The notes under the pieces: generated by a model
Databases searched by the model: none
What the model saw: only the letters and a program-made list of their open reading frames with translations
Told to the model about the DNA's origin: nothing
Program-made: the position numbers and the translations under genes
Origin: an uncultured delta proteobacterium
GTDB taxonomy: Bacteria; Myxococcota; B64-G9
Direction: 5' to 3'
Assembly (NCBI GenBank): GCA_963754925.1
Contig: CAVWHX010000004.1
Span: forward strand, 128,001 to 192,000
Length of the DNA stretch: 64,000 nucleotides
In this document: piece after piece, positions 10,691 through 21,876 of the stretch
How the letters are laid out: each line of letters starts with the position of its first letter
Numbering within the stretch: the stretch's first letter is position 1

Positions 10691-12020
10691 TTACTGCCGT
10701 TCGGTCCGTTTCAACGATCCGATGATAACCGCCGCGATGACATTAAGCGCTATAAATACCAGATACGCTGAATCATACGATCCGGTAAGGTCGAAGCTCA
10801 TCCCCATAATCGGGTATCCGATGCAATCGATGCCGACGACAATCCCGATATACCGGGCCACGGTAGGATACGTATCCCGCCCGTAGAAGTCGGCGATGAT
10901 TACCGGCTGGGTGGAAACCACTCCTCCCATGGCGAAACCATACATCACTATGAATAGTATGACCGCGGCCAGGGAACCGTGAATGATCCCTATGCCCAAT
11001 CCGACGGCGTTTAGCAGCAGCAACACGGTTACGACCGTGCGGGAGGGAAATTTGTCACAAAGATACGCCCAGGCATATTTCCCGACCGCGCCCACGAGCG
11101 CCGTGGCCGCCATAAGTTTCATCGCTGTATCGCCGTCAAAGCCGACGTCGCCGAACCGGGGCTTGAGCTGAAACATCACGCCCAAGACCGATGTCATGCT
11201 GAGGCCGTAGGCGACGCCGATCTTCCAGAACGACCGGTTCCGCACGACCATCGGAAGGGTCCAGTGCACCGTGACGTTATTCTGCGAATACGACTGCTCT
11301 CGGTTATGAAACGGGCCCTCGTCGTATACAACGCCCGATTCATGAACGGCGCCATCCGGCAGAAGGCCATAATCCTCGGGCCGGGTCCGTATGGCGGCGA
11401 AGGACAGCGGGGCGACCGCAATAATAGCTACACTGATCCATAAAAACGCGTAAAACAGGCCGCTCGTTTGAATAATCGCGTGGGCCGCGGCCGGCAAAAT
11501 CACGCCGGCCACCGAAACGCCTGCGGTCGCGAGACCGAGCGCATTGCCCCTCCTGAGCACGAACCAGTTGCCGACGGCCGTTGCCGTCACGATCCCGCTC
11601 ATGCCGCTGACGCCGAAGAAAAAGGAGCATAAACAAAACGTAGAACACCGGCAGGTCCGTCGCCACGCCCAGGAGACAAAAAGAAACTGCGGCAATGACC
11701 GAACCGCAGATCATGAGGATGCGCGGACCGACGCGCGCCACCATGGTCCCATAAAAAAGCACGCCGAAAAGATTGACGACATAGCCCAGCATCGGTGCGA
11801 TATTTATTTGGGCGCGCGTCCATCCCCTCGTCTCGCAAAGCGGTTCGATGAACGCGTTGAATATGTAGAAAGCGGTCCCCGACCCCAGGAAATTCGCGAT
11901 GAAGGCGACCGCCACGATAAACCAACCGTAATAAATCCCAGTCCCACCCGGTCCAAATCTCATCACACTTGGTTGAACAAGTATTTTTTGGGGCTTTGAT
12001 AGCTTTGTTGTCGTGGTCAA
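10691..12020 (-). CDS. MFS transporter (OFA/MCT-like), frameshift at the T5 run 11619-11623; true start uncertain
   Basis: YYGWFIV, WTRAQI, NWFVLRRGNALG and about 12 hydrophobic segments across two overlapping ORFs. Confidence 0.85.
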
Positions 12021-12191
12021 CGTTGCTCACACATCGTATTACGACTGGTATATTAATTTGACGCCGGGAACTAGTCGTCTCACCTGAAACGGGAATCTGC
12101 ATCATATCACTTGTTCAGGTCGTCAAGAATCGAAATTCAATGTATGTGTGACGGGATTGAAAGTTAGCGGGTTGCTCGCGAGAAAATCAGG

Positions 12192-13379
12192 TTAGGGGCA
12201 GCTTCTTGGTGCAGTCACACCCCAAATTCGATCATTTAGGAAGCTCAGGGCATTCGATGCCCCGTTATATTCGCCTAAAATGTGATCGCTGAGGGATACC
12301 GTTGCAAATACCGTTTTCACACCCATGCTGCAGTAGGTCGCGTGCAGGGTTTGGGCCTGGCCGATGGGAACGACCTCGTCGAGATCGGCGTGGTATTGAT
12401 AGTAGGGCACCGGCTGGACGAGAGTCCCTAGTTTTTGTTGCATGATGCGGGCGCCCCAGGCTGGCGTCTGGGTCGGATCGCTCGTGACGTATTCTGAGAA
12501 CGTTTGGAGGGCGAAGTCCAACACCCCGTCAATGTCACAGGTATTATTAGCAGTGGCAAAGGCAGCCGTGCCCGTGGCGTTCAGGTAGTTTTTCAGCTGC
12601 AGCTCGGGGTAGGCGGCATCCAGTCCCAGCATCGAGTACATGAAGAATGACATAAACAGGCTGCCGTTCAGGTAGTTGCCACAGATTACCGGGTCGGCGG
12701 GAACGCCGCCCGCGGCCACTCCCTTGAGTTTCAGCTCGGGCGCATAGCTGGGCTGCAGCTCGCCGGCCGCAGTCGCCGCCTGTCCACCCTCGGAATAGCC
12801 CCATATCACCACCGGAGCGCTGGTGCTCAGTCCTGCAGAGGACAAGCGCATCGCTGCGCGAACCACGTCGAGCACCGCATGGCCGTTGGAATTTCTGTTG
12901 GCGTAGGGGTGCGTGCCGGGCGTGCCGAGTCCCTGGTAGTCGGTTTGTGCTACGGCCCAGCCATTGTTGAGCGCGCTCTTGATGAGGGAGGCCTCAAGGT
13001 AGGCGCCGGTCGGCATGGTCACCGACGGTGCGCAGCGATCGGCCATGCCCTGGGTCTCGGGCGCGAAACCGAGTATCGGTCGGGGTCCAAGGAGCCACCA
13101 TGAGATGGGCACAAGCACCGTCCCCGAAACCTGGTCAGGATTGCCGAGCGCATCGGTCGATTGGTACACGATTTTCCATGCCTGAACCGTAAGATCCGGG
13201 AGACCCAAGATGAGATCAGTAGAGAAAAAGACGCCTTGTGACGAGATGATAGTCCCCGGACCGCTGGTAAGAGCTGCCACGTCGGTACCCGTGTCGACCC
13301 CATCGACTCCGCCCGTGTCGCAAGCGGCTGCTAAGAAACTCAACACCATTACACCCAGGACGTACTTGTTCTTTACCAT
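12192..13379 (-). CDS. Secreted lipase, LIP (CalA-like/actinobacterial secretory lipase) family, probable lipoprotein
   Basis: Signal peptide ending FLAAAC; TQGMADRCAPS, TDYQGLGTPG, GYSEGG nucleophile elbow, DEVVP, SDH. Confidence 0.85.
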   Translation of the reverse strand: MVKNKYVLGVMVLSFLAAACDTGGVDGVDTGTDVAALTSGPGTIISSQGVFFSTDLILGLPDLTVQAWKIVYQSTDALGNPDQVSGTVLVPISWWLLGPRPILGFAPETQGMADRCAPSVTMPTGAYLEASLIKSALNNGWAVAQTDYQGLGTPGTHPYANRNSNGHAVLDVVRAAMRLSSAGLSTSAPVVIWGYSEGGQAATAAGELQPSYAPELKLKGVAAGGVPADPVICGNYLNGSLFMSFFMYSMLGLDAAYPELQLKNYLNATGTAAFATANNTCDIDGVLDFALQTFSEYVTSDPTQTPAWGARIMQQKLGTLVQPVPYYQYHADLDEVVPIGQAQTLHATYCSMGVKTVFATVSLSDHILGEYNGASNALSFLNDRIWGVTAPRSCP

Positions 13380-13467
13380 GTTCGTGACCTCCTTAATAAT
13401 AGGAAATATAAAAACATTTTAGATTCACACGCCAGTGCTTATAGTCTTCACAGTAACTATTAATTGA

Positions 13468-13483
13468 AGCAACACTCATGCCA
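13468..13483 (-). promoter_or_regulatory. Sigma54 (-24/-12) promoter of the lipase gene
   Basis: Minus strand TGGCATGAGTGTTGCT = GG-N10-GC, about 90 nt upstream of the ATG; AT-rich IHF-like tract at 13511-13523. Confidence 0.75.
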
Positions 13484-13866
13484 GAAGATAAAATAAATAT
13501 TATTATATTAAAACAATAAATTAGCTATACTGAAATTAATATTCGCCTTATGCATAGCAACTTAAAATTGCGGAACATGGTTACAATAATACTGTACTAC
13601 TTGTTTTAATGAGGTTATTCATCAGTCACAGAAAGTTGCACCAGCAGCACCTATTCTTTGCATTTCATCGCTAAATGTAGTTTATCGTTGTATTCGTATT
13701 AGTTACATCTACAAACTGCCCTATTCTGCCGTCAGAAAACCAGACAACTCTCCCACCGGGGGTTGCGTTACAATGATACGGATGTTCATTGACTCTGGTC
13801 AGGTATTTGCGGACAATGGAATCGGCAAACTTCATGGAATATTAAAACGATTCGCGTAGGACGTAT

Positions 13867-15690
13867 ATGTTTCAGAAAGAAGAAACCGCGGTCCCGATAA
13901 AAAAGGGGGGTAAGTTTAGGAGAAGGGCGTTCTTAAGCTTGGCTACAGCCCTTGCGGGCGGCGGCCTCCTGGCCTGGGTCTTTGGTCCCTGGAGGCACAA
14001 GATATCTCCGGTGCTTCCTGTGTCAATTCGAAAGTCCCCTGCAAACCGAAAAAAACTTATCTTCATAGCCATCGACGCCCTGCACCCAAAGTACCTCGAT
14101 CTCGACGCCAACGGTCTGTCCGGGGGACGAGAGGGCGACTGGCTAATGCCCAATATCCGGGGATTTCTGTAAGAAATCCCTATGGTTCCGCGATGCAAAA
14201 GCATATCTCCCCGCGGCAACGGACATGAACCACCTCAATGCCATGGCCGGCACATCGTCGGCCCAAACGGGCATCATCGGCGTGTGGGCGCAGCCCGAAC
14301 AGTGGGATGAGAACGGGGAAATTCTCATCGCTCAATCGAACCTCTCTCTTGCCAAGGACGATCAGGGACGTCCGGTAGACACCCTATTCCACGCCTGGAA
14401 GCGGCGCTGGCCCGACTCGAGGACCTTGTTTATCACCGGCAAGGAGTGGGTGGGCAAGATGTTCAAGGATCAGAAGCCGGGCACCTGCGTGGACATCCTG
14501 GTGACGGGGCCCGAGCACCCGGCCTATCTTCAACCACCGAAGAGAGAGAGCCTGGCCGACCCCGAAACGGACAACGATGCCGCCTGTGACCCGGAGTCCG
14601 GACATCAGGGATTTTTTGCGGGGAGCATGCGGCCAAGCAACGTCATGACCCGGTTATACACCGGCCAGGGCGGCCTGCTTACGCTCCAGATGGAGTATTT
14701 CGCTAGCCATTTTCCCCACAACCGGTGGGTGGTGGATTCAACGTTGGAGATTTTCCGAAGGGAAGACCCGGAGCTGGCATACATCCTTCTGGCCCAGTGT
14801 GACGACGCGGGCCATTGCATCGGAAACGCCCCGGACCCCGCTGAGTTCACCCAAGTCGACCCGCCCTTTGTGCCCCCGAAGGACTGCGAAGACAACCCGG
14901 AATACCAACTCGTGAGCAAGAGAAACACGCTTCTCTTTAAAAGCGCGAATCCTTGACGTCGTTCGCGATGTGGACATCCAGTTCGGCCGGCTCATGAACG
15001 GCCTCGAACAGCAAGGGGCGCTTGACGCGGCCACCGTCATCCTCCTGAGCGACCACTGCGCTACCAACCACCTCTCCGTAAGCGACTTTTCTTCCACCGA
15101 CCTCATGGGGCTCCTCGAGGAGGCGGGGCTGGTGCAGAATAAGAATATTTACGCCTTCAGTGTAAGCTCGTACGGCACCCTGTACTGGCGCGAGCGAAAG
15201 GAACAGATCCCGCTGGCCAAGAAGCTCCTCCTTGCGCACACGGCGCAAAACCCCGAAACCGGGAAGCCAGGAATGCCCCTGGTGGGTGCTCGACCGGAAC
15301 GACATGAAAAACGGTGTCGAGGGCGTGTGCCTCTCCGGGGAGCTGTACCATACGTGGTATGTCGATGTGGACCATGAAAAGACCATGATCTGGCCAGACC
15401 TGTTCATACTGGCGAAAAACGGCTGGCAGATACCGGCATACAACGGGCACGTTCCCAACGTGGGAATCAAGGCCCCGACATGGACCCCGCCGTGGCGGGT
15501 GTACAATGGCGGCCACGGGTCGGTTGACACGCTGCCCATTGTCGCGGCCATCTCCACCCCCGGCGGTAAAACGGGTGAAGACAACACGCCCATACGCATC
15601 GCGGATCTGGGCGTCACAGCGGCGTCGCTTTTCAGCTTGAAACTCGGGTCCACCACGGTGGGAGCGGATCTAAGCTCTGATCTGAAGTGA
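13867..15690 (+). CDS. Alkaline-phosphatase superfamily (NPP/type I phosphodiesterase-like) protein with Tat-like signal; three frameshifts
   Basis: RRRAFL plus hydrophobic helix; IAIDAL, PAATDMNH (Thr nucleophile), CDDAGH, LSDH and GGHG lie in order across ORFs 13867, 14225, 14970 and 15232. Confidence 0.75.
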
Positions 15691-15732
15691 TGCCAGGAGA
15701 TGAAGCTAAGCTCCCATTGATCACCGCTACGT

Positions 15733-16068
15733 TCAACTACTAACTTTCGGGTCTTTCTTGTTTTTTCGGCTCCGAGCGGACTTTCTGGCAAACCCGCGCG
15801 GTTTGAGACCGTCGGGAAGGTACTTAAACACCAGAGGAAGCAGCACCACGCCGCCGGGGAGGGAAAAGATAGCCAGTGACGGAATTGAACGCACGATGTC
15901 CAGCAACTCATCCCGCATGGTGGCGCGCTCGTCGGCCGAAAGTTTTTCGCCGGTACTCGCTCGGTAGAGCAGCTCGGCCAGCTCGCCGGTATTTTTGATC
16001 TCTTCGACTATCAGATCGATGTTTTCACTGATTCTTTTTTGGAGGCTTTTGAAAATTCTGCGATCCAT
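15733..16068 (-). CDS. Small LETM1-like domain protein
   Basis: LLDIVRSIPSLAIFSLPGGVVLLPLV resembles the LETM1 membrane-proximal motif; RBS AGAGG; directly after thiE. Confidence 0.55.
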   Translation of the reverse strand: MDRRIFKSLQKRISENIDLIVEEIKNTGELAELLYRASTGEKLSADERATMRDELLDIVRSIPSLAIFSLPGGVVLLPLVFKYLPDGLKPRGFARKSARSRKNKKDPKVSS

Positions 16069-16078
16069 GATCAATCCT

Positions 16079-16747
16079 CTAACCGGCGCTGTTCACGGGG
16101 CGGCGGCGATACTCCGCGATCTTTGCCCGCAACTGCCGAACTGCCTCGCTGATATCGTCGTCAGAGACGACGGCCGTGACTACGGCGATACGCCGCGCCC
16201 CGGCCTCGAGCAACGGATCAAGATTGTCGAGCTTGATGCCGCCCATCACGGTGATGGGTAGCTGCACCTGACGGCTGACCTGTTGAAAAAGCTCGATTCC
16301 CACTGCCGGCCCAACGTGCTCCTTGGTAACGGTAGGGTAGATGGGCCCGACATTGATGTAGTCCGCTCCCTGTGCCGCCGCCCGCAAGGCTTCATCTAAG
16401 CTGTGGGTTGAGACACCGATGATGCGTTGGTGACCAACCAATCGGCGCGCAACCGGAATCGGGAGATCATTTTGACCGAGGTGCACGCCATCCGCATCAA
16501 CCGCCACGCAGATGTCCACGCGATCGTTGAGGATCAACGTCGCGTGTGCCTGCCGGGTGCGGCGGCGAAAAGCCAACGCCAGCTCATAGAACGAGCGGTC
16601 ATCGATCTCCTTCTCGCGCAATTGCACAATCGAAGCTCCACCCTTAAGTAACGCTTCCAATACATCGAGGTCGTTGCGACGCCGCGAATATTTTTCGCCG
16701 GTGACAGGGTAGAGATCGAAATCGAGCAATGCCGCCTTGGACCTCAC
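16079..16747 (-). CDS. thiE: Thiamine-phosphate synthase
   Basis: VQLREK, LNDRVD, GVHLGQND, GVSTHS, GPIYPTVTK, MGGI. Confidence 0.97.
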   Translation of the reverse strand: MRSKAALLDFDLYPVTGEKYSRRRNDLDVLEALLKGGASIVQLREKEIDDRSFYELALAFRRRTRQAHATLILNDRVDICVAVDADGVHLGQNDLPIPVARRLVGHQRIIGVSTHSLDEALRAAAQGADYINVGPIYPTVTKEHVGPAVGIELFQQVSRQVQLPITVMGGIKLDNLDPLLEAGARRIAVVTAVVSDDDISEAVRQLRAKIAEYRRRPVNSAG

Positions 16748-16750
16748 CCC

Positions 16751-16951
16751 TTACCCCCCGCCGACGAAGCGCACCACCTCGAGGATGTCCCCGTCCTCCA
16801 ACAGGACATCGGCAAATTTCTCTCGGTGCACCACCTCGCGGTTGCGCTCGACTACCGCTGCACGCTGATCGAGCTTGAGTTCCGCCAGGCAGGCCTTTAA
16901 ACTGAGACCTTCGCGCAATTTTCGTGTGCGACCATTGATAGTTATTTTCAT
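16751..16951 (-). CDS. thiS: Sulfur carrier ThiS
   Basis: 66 aa, MKITING...VERNREVV...FVGGG C-terminus. Confidence 0.95.
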   Translation of the reverse strand: MKITINGRTRKLREGLSLKACLAELKLDQRAAVVERNREVVHREKFADVLLEDGDILEVVRFVGGG

Positions 16952-18069
16952 ACCTGTCCTCCATGCATGACTCGGTCCCAATCCTTCCACACCGGATCGT
17001 ATCCTGACGCCCGGATGACTTCGGCAACTTCGTTCGGACTGCGCCTATCTTCGACCTCGAATTGAGCCCCCGCCCGAAGCTGCTTGGTGTAGCCGCCGGG
17101 CGTGGTGCACGATCCGGCGCTTATCTGGGTCAGCCCCAAGGGGATGAGCGCATCGCGAAGCCACGCCGGCTCGCGGGTAGAGAGCACGAGCCCGACATCG
17201 GGGAAGGCAAGCCGCAACACACACAGCAGCTGCACGAGCTCCCGATCAGCAACCGGCATAGGCACGCGAAAATCCGGCGCGGCGTGCCGCAGGCGCGGCA
17301 CGCTTATCGAAACGGTGCTGCACCAGAAACGTTTCATAAGATACTCTGCGTGCAGCGCGAGGGCTATTGCTTCGCTACGAACATCATTGAGGCCGAGCAA
17401 CGAGCCGATTCCCAACCGGCGTATGCCAGCCTCCCCTGCCCGTTCGAGCGCCCCCAATCTCAGATCATAATCGCGCTTCGGCCCTCCCGGATGAACCGCA
17501 GCATATACCTCGCGATCGTAGGTCTCCTGGTAAAGGGTCACCCCGCCTGCCCCCGCGTCGACCATACGACCATACTCAGCCTGCGTCAGGGGTTGAACCT
17601 CGATCGATAGGGTTGAAAACTCGCCCGTCAAGGCGGCCAGCGATTCCTCCAACCGACTGACAGGAAAACGCTGCGGCGCTTCACCGGAAACCAACAGGAT
17701 ATGCCGGAAACCCATGCCGCGCAGATAAGACGCTTCTTGTCGAATCTCGGCCGTACTGAGGATAGTGCGGGGGACTGGTTGTTGGGCATTGAAATTACAG
17801 TAACGGCAGGCGTTGGAACACACGTTCGAGAGATAGAGCGGGGCATAGAGCGTTATCACCCGCCCAAATCGTTGGATGGTCAGCAACCGTGCGCGCTTGG
17901 CGATTTCCTCGAGATAGGGTACGGCCGCGGGCGATAACAAAACCAACAGATCGTCCATAGAGAGTTGCGCCCGAGCGAGCGCGGACTCGACCTGTCGGCC
18001 GCTGGCTTCCGCTACCTGCCGGCGCATCGCGCGAACATCATACCGTGCCAACGTTTCGCCAAAAGTCAT
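16948..18069 (-). CDS. thiH: 2-iminoacetate synthase (radical SAM tyrosine lyase)
   Basis: [43 protein letters not shown]. Confidence 0.97.
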   Translation of the reverse strand: MTFGETLARYDVRAMRRQVAEASGRQVESALARAQLSMDDLLVLLSPAAVPYLEEIAKRARLLTIQRFGRVITLYAPLYLSNVCSNACRYCNFNAQQPVPRTILSTAEIRQEASYLRGMGFRHILLVSGEAPQRFPVSRLEESLAALTGEFSTLSIEVQPLTQAEYGRMVDAGAGGVTLYQETYDREVYAAVHPGGPKRDYDLRLGALERAGEAGIRRLGIGSLLGLNDVRSEAIALALHAEYLMKRFWCSTVSISVPRLRHAAPDFRVPMPVADRELVQLLCVLRLAFPDVGLVLSTREPAWLRDALIPLGLTQISAGSCTTPGGYTKQLRAGAQFEVEDRRSPNEVAEVIRASGYDPVWKDWDRVMHGGQV

Positions 18070-18860
18070 GAAGTTAAAAACCCCGTCAATGGACTTGAAG
18101 CCTGGGCATCGAGGGCCTTACCGGCAAGGCCGGCGTGATACGCCTCACGCCCGGCTTGCACCCCCAGGCGGAAGGCCGCGGCCATCCGCACCGGATCGCG
18201 GGCCGTGGCGATAGCGGTATTTACCAACACCGCGGCCGCGCCCATCTCGAGCGCCTCGGCGGCATGGGCGGGAGACCCCAACCCGGCGTCCACCACGACC
18301 GGGACCATGGCATGGGCGATGATCATTTCGAGCGCATCCTTGGTGCGTATCCCGCGATTGGTCCCGATGGGGCTTCCCAACGGCATGACCGAAGCGCAGC
18401 CGACACCCTCGAGTCGCTTGGCCAAAATCGGATCGGCCTGCATATAGGGAAGAACCACGAAGCCCTCCCGCACCAAAATAGCCGCCGCCTTGAGGGTCTC
18501 CACCGGATCGGGAAGCAAACTCCTCGGATCGGGGGTGACCTCGAGCTTGATCCATGGCTCCATCCCCGCGGCGCGGGCCAGGCGGGCCATGCGGAGGGCC
18601 TCCTCGGCATTCTGGGCGCCCGAGGTGTTCGGCAACACGAGGTACCTTCCGCCGGCGAGCGCTTGAAGCATGTCATCCTGCGGTCGATCGAGATCAACCC
18701 GACGCAGCGCCACGGTGACGATCTCGGCCTGGCTCGCTTCGACGGCTTTACGCATCACGGAGGCCGAGGAAAACTTGCCGGTGCCGATCAACAGCCGCGA
18801 TGCGAACGTTCGTTCCGCAATGACTAACGGATCTGCGACTTCAGGTTTGACTTTTTTCAT
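18066..18860 (-). CDS. thiG: Thiazole synthase
   Basis: [43 protein letters not shown]. Confidence 0.97.
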   Translation of the reverse strand: MKKVKPEVADPLVIAERTFASRLLIGTGKFSSASVMRKAVEASQAEIVTVALRRVDLDRPQDDMLQALAGGRYLVLPNTSGAQNAEEALRMARLARAAGMEPWIKLEVTPDPRSLLPDPVETLKAAAILVREGFVVLPYMQADPILAKRLEGVGCASVMPLGSPIGTNRGIRTKDALEMIIAHAMVPVVVDAGLGSPAHAAEALEMGAAAVLVNTAIATARDPVRMAAAFRLGVQAGREAYHAGLAGKALDAQASSPLTGFLTS

Positions 18861-19065
18861 GCGCGCTTCCAACCTCTGCTGGAACCTTAGCAAAAAAAGA
18901 CCGGGTTGTGCAACCGTTGATACTTTGACGCATTATTCAGGTTGGGAATAGCGAGATGGTATAGGCTGTTTTTATGTATATGCATCTCCGTGATGCTCTC
19001 CTGATATCAAACTTGACACCTGGCAACTTTTAACGCAAACCTGAATTTTCTAAGGAGGATTCACC

Positions 19066-19542
19066 ATGAAATGGCGACTAGCGTTCGGCATGTCCATTGC
19101 AATCCTGGCGATGGGGTGCGGCCCGCGGTTGATCCCGAACATCGAAATCGAACTCAAGGACACCCCCGACAATCGAGCACTGCTGCAGATAATGGAGAAG
19201 TTCCGCCAAGCGTATGAAAACCTTGATATCGATACCCTGGTTGCGCTGGCCTCTGATAAATTCTACGAGACCAGCGGCACCGCCGACACCAGCGACGATT
19301 ACAACAAGGACGGCCTCCATACGCATTTCACCGAACATTTCAAGTTGATCAAAAAATGCGATTTGGAAATTATCCTCAAAGAGGTCAAAGTCGAGGGCGA
19401 CAAGGCCGTTATCGATTATCGCTACATCGCTCGCTACTTGATGGCGTTACCCGTGGGAGAGAAATGGCAACTGACCGACGAAGTCAACGAAATGGCGCTC
19501 GCCCGCGAAAATGGCAAATGGATGATCACCTCGGGGATGTAG
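19066..19542 (+). CDS. Lipoprotein with NTF2-like (SnoaL/DUF4440-type) fold
   Basis: RBS AAGGAGG; lipobox LAMGC; AYENLDIDTL and ENGKWMITSG pattern typical of NTF2-like domains. Confidence 0.7.
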   Translation: MKWRLAFGMSIAILAMGCGPRLIPNIEIELKDTPDNRALLQIMEKFRQAYENLDIDTLVALASDKFYETSGTADTSDDYNKDGLHTHFTEHFKLIKKCDLEIILKEVKVEGDKAVIDYRYIARYLMALPVGEKWQLTDEVNEMALARENGKWMITSGM

Positions 19543-20451
19543 CTAGGGCGACGCAGATTCCGGGCGCGCCGCAGGCTTCCCGGGCGCCGGCCTTCCTTTC
19601 TCTTCAAAATTAAAATGCAGCAGCGTTTCGGGATCAAAAAGGATCTTATCCAGTCGGGTGGACAAATGCAAATGCGGGCCGGTCGCCCGACCCGAAGCGC
19701 CCACCCGGGCGATGAGTTGGCCTTTAGAAACCTTCTGGCCGACCGCCACCTCGAATTTCGAAAGATGAAAATAGAGCGAGTATAGCTTCAGGCCGTGATC
19801 GACAATCACGGTTCCGCCGCTATAGTAAAGGTCCATGGCCATGACGACCGTGCCGTCATTGACCGCGGCCACCGGATCGCCCAGGTTGGCGCTGATGTCG
19901 ACCCCCCAATGGCGGCTGTTCTGAATCCCGTTGAACATTCGGCGCAGGCCAAACGCCGAGCCGACCGGCGCATCGCTGGGTGGAGAAAAATCCCCCCGCC
20001 ATTGACGCTCGGTCGGCGCAGACTGATAAATTTTGTCCAGCAGGGCGCTTTCCCGTTTGATGCGCACGGTCACCTCTTTCGGCGGCGAGATGTACTTGGT
20101 GTCAACCGATATCTTTTCGGTGCCAAAGGTTCCCGCCCTGACGGGCACTGATTGTTTCAGATCAATGGGGTCGGCGCCGGGGGATTTGATGGTAACCAAA
20201 AGCGGCACCTCGCCCGCTGGTTGCTGGAGCGCCACAGCCGCGAGGGCGCGCATCCGACCGTGGCCATCGGCAAAAAAACGCAGCGGCATGCCATTGAAGC
20301 TTCCGTACGCCTGCGTTCCCGGCGCACCATGGAGCAGCTCGATTACCACCAACTCACCTTGGGACGGCTGCGGCGGGGTGATGTGCACCTCGACCTGTGG
20401 CGCCGATTCGGCGAGCAACAACACGGGAATGAGTAGTAACGCCGGAAACAT
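19543..20451 (-). CDS. M23 family metallopeptidase, secreted
   Basis: HWGVD, YFHLS, GRATGPHLH; signal peptide. Confidence 0.93.
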   Translation of the reverse strand: MFPALLLIPVLLLAESAPQVEVHITPPQPSQGELVVIELLHGAPGTQAYGSFNGMPLRFFADGHGRMRALAAVALQQPAGEVPLLVTIKSPGADPIDLKQSVPVRAGTFGTEKISVDTKYISPPKEVTVRIKRESALLDKIYQSAPTERQWRGDFSPPSDAPVGSAFGLRRMFNGIQNSRHWGVDISANLGDPVAAVNDGTVVMAMDLYYSGGTVIVDHGLKLYSLYFHLSKFEVAVGQKVSKGQLIARVGASGRATGPHLHLSTRLDKILFDPETLLHFNFEEKGRPAPGKPAARPESASP

Positions 20452-20481
20452 CGCTGTTACCCCACCATCTAAAGCGTAACG

Positions 20482-20952
20482 CTAACCGAGGGCAGACACC
20501 AACGTCAGGAGCGAAAGCACCAACGACAACGGGGAGTAAAGTATGGTATTGAGCCGTTCGTAGCGACTGCCGCGGATAAGCGGACGAAAGTGAACCTCAA
20601 AAAAGCCCCCCACGCCGCGCAGTAATAGAATAACGGCGCTTATTAAAGCCAACACGCGGCACACGGCCGGCGATGCAATAGACTCGACCATGTCGTTAGC
20701 GGCCAAAACCACCCAGGCAGCGCCGATGAGCACTAATGCCACGCCTAAACAAACAAGCGGAGACGGCATCCGCATTCCCGGCGGTCCGCCCACGATACTG
20801 CGTGCGAGACTTTCTTCGCTCCGTCCCGGCCAATACCCTCCGAAGCCCCAATAGATATGGAGCAGAGCCAGGCCGCCATAGACGACGGCGGCGACGATGG
20901 AAAAAATAGATGAAGTCACTTTTTCTCTATAGCCCCCGATGGTAAAAAACAT
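20482..20952 (-). CDS. DUF3995-like membrane protein (start may be GTG 20919)
   Basis: LHIYWGFGGYWPG, LLRG, YSPL; four hydrophobic helices. Confidence 0.75.
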   Translation of the reverse strand: MFFTIGGYREKVTSSIFSIVAAVVYGGLALLHIYWGFGGYWPGRSEESLARSIVGGPPGMRMPSPLVCLGVALVLIGAAWVVLAANDMVESIASPAVCRVLALISAVILLLRGVGGFFEVHFRPLIRGSRYERLNTILYSPLSLVLSLLTLVSALG

Positions 20953-20964
20953 TGTCCAACTGAA

Positions 20965-21567
20965 TTACTTGCCAGCATCCCAAAAAAGATTGATGACGGT
21001 GTTTCTTTTACTTTTTGATTGCTGTTCTAGCACAACCTTCGCGTTTTTGGCTCCCGAGAACTCAGCCAACGTATGAATAAATCCAACGATGGCTATTATA
21101 TAATGCTTACTTTCCATAAATATTGATGGCAAGTCACTCAATAAGATTTCTATACAACCCATTGTTTTTTCAGAGATTGAAACCGTCCCGCAATTTCGGT
21201 AACAGCGGTTCCATATTCTTGGGGCGATCTTCAATATTGATTTTGGCGAGATTCGAAACAAATGTAAGAGGGATCGAACGAACGGCCCCAATAGTGAGGA
21301 TTCAATCAACAACTTAGTGGTATTTACACAAAATTTGAAATATTCCTCCTCACTAACCTCGGCCATCATGCAATCAGACAACTGTATATCGTATTCAAGC
21401 GGAAGCCATTCACTGTCCTTGGATTGATAGATATTCTGCAATGTGGCTTGAGGAAACCGTTTTAAGATCGCCATTCTCACCGCAGGATCAAGTAATTCAA
21501 GTGCTTTAAAGCCGTTGAGAATCAGATCCTTACGAAACTCGGGTCTTTTCTCTGAAGCGCTCATCAT
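20965..21567 (-). CDS. Hypothetical protein, resembles myxobacterial DUF2378-like family
   Basis: AT-rich 200-aa ORF with RBS GGAGG; EWLPLE and APRIWNRCYRNCG patterns. Confidence 0.55.
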   Translation of the reverse strand: MMSASEKRPEFRKDLILNGFKALELLDPAVRMAILKRFPQATLQNIYQSKDSEWLPLEYDIQLSDCMMAEVSEEEYFKFCVNTTKLLIESSLLGPFVRSLLHLFRISPKSILKIAPRIWNRCYRNCGTVSISEKTMGCIEILLSDLPSIFMESKHYIIAIVGFIHTLAEFSGAKNAKVVLEQQSKSKRNTVINLFWDAGK

Positions 21568-21876
21568 TGCCTCCCAATATCGCTTCGATATTGGTAAATC
21601 CTAAACATTATTTTTCTACCAACTTGTTCATCGTAAAAGGATAAATCTAGATGTAGGAAAAACAAACGCACTGGTGACTTCGTTTCTCCCTTGATTTCCC
21701 GCAGCGCTTTCTCAAACAAGCCATTATTTTAACTCTGAATTCAGTTTACAGTCAATATTCTAGAGGAACGCTAAAATTCTGAGTTGATCTGAGGTATTAA
21801 CCGTGCCCGATGGAGACCCGGCTCTCCGTGATGCCGCAAAAGAAACTTTTTAGAAGCAGATCGATGAAAATATGTC

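Noticed and set aside
18861..19065. TPP riboswitch upstream of thiG
   Set aside because: The minus strand has ACCTGAATAATGCG, but I cannot find the CTGAGA element or the correctly spaced core and P1 helix.
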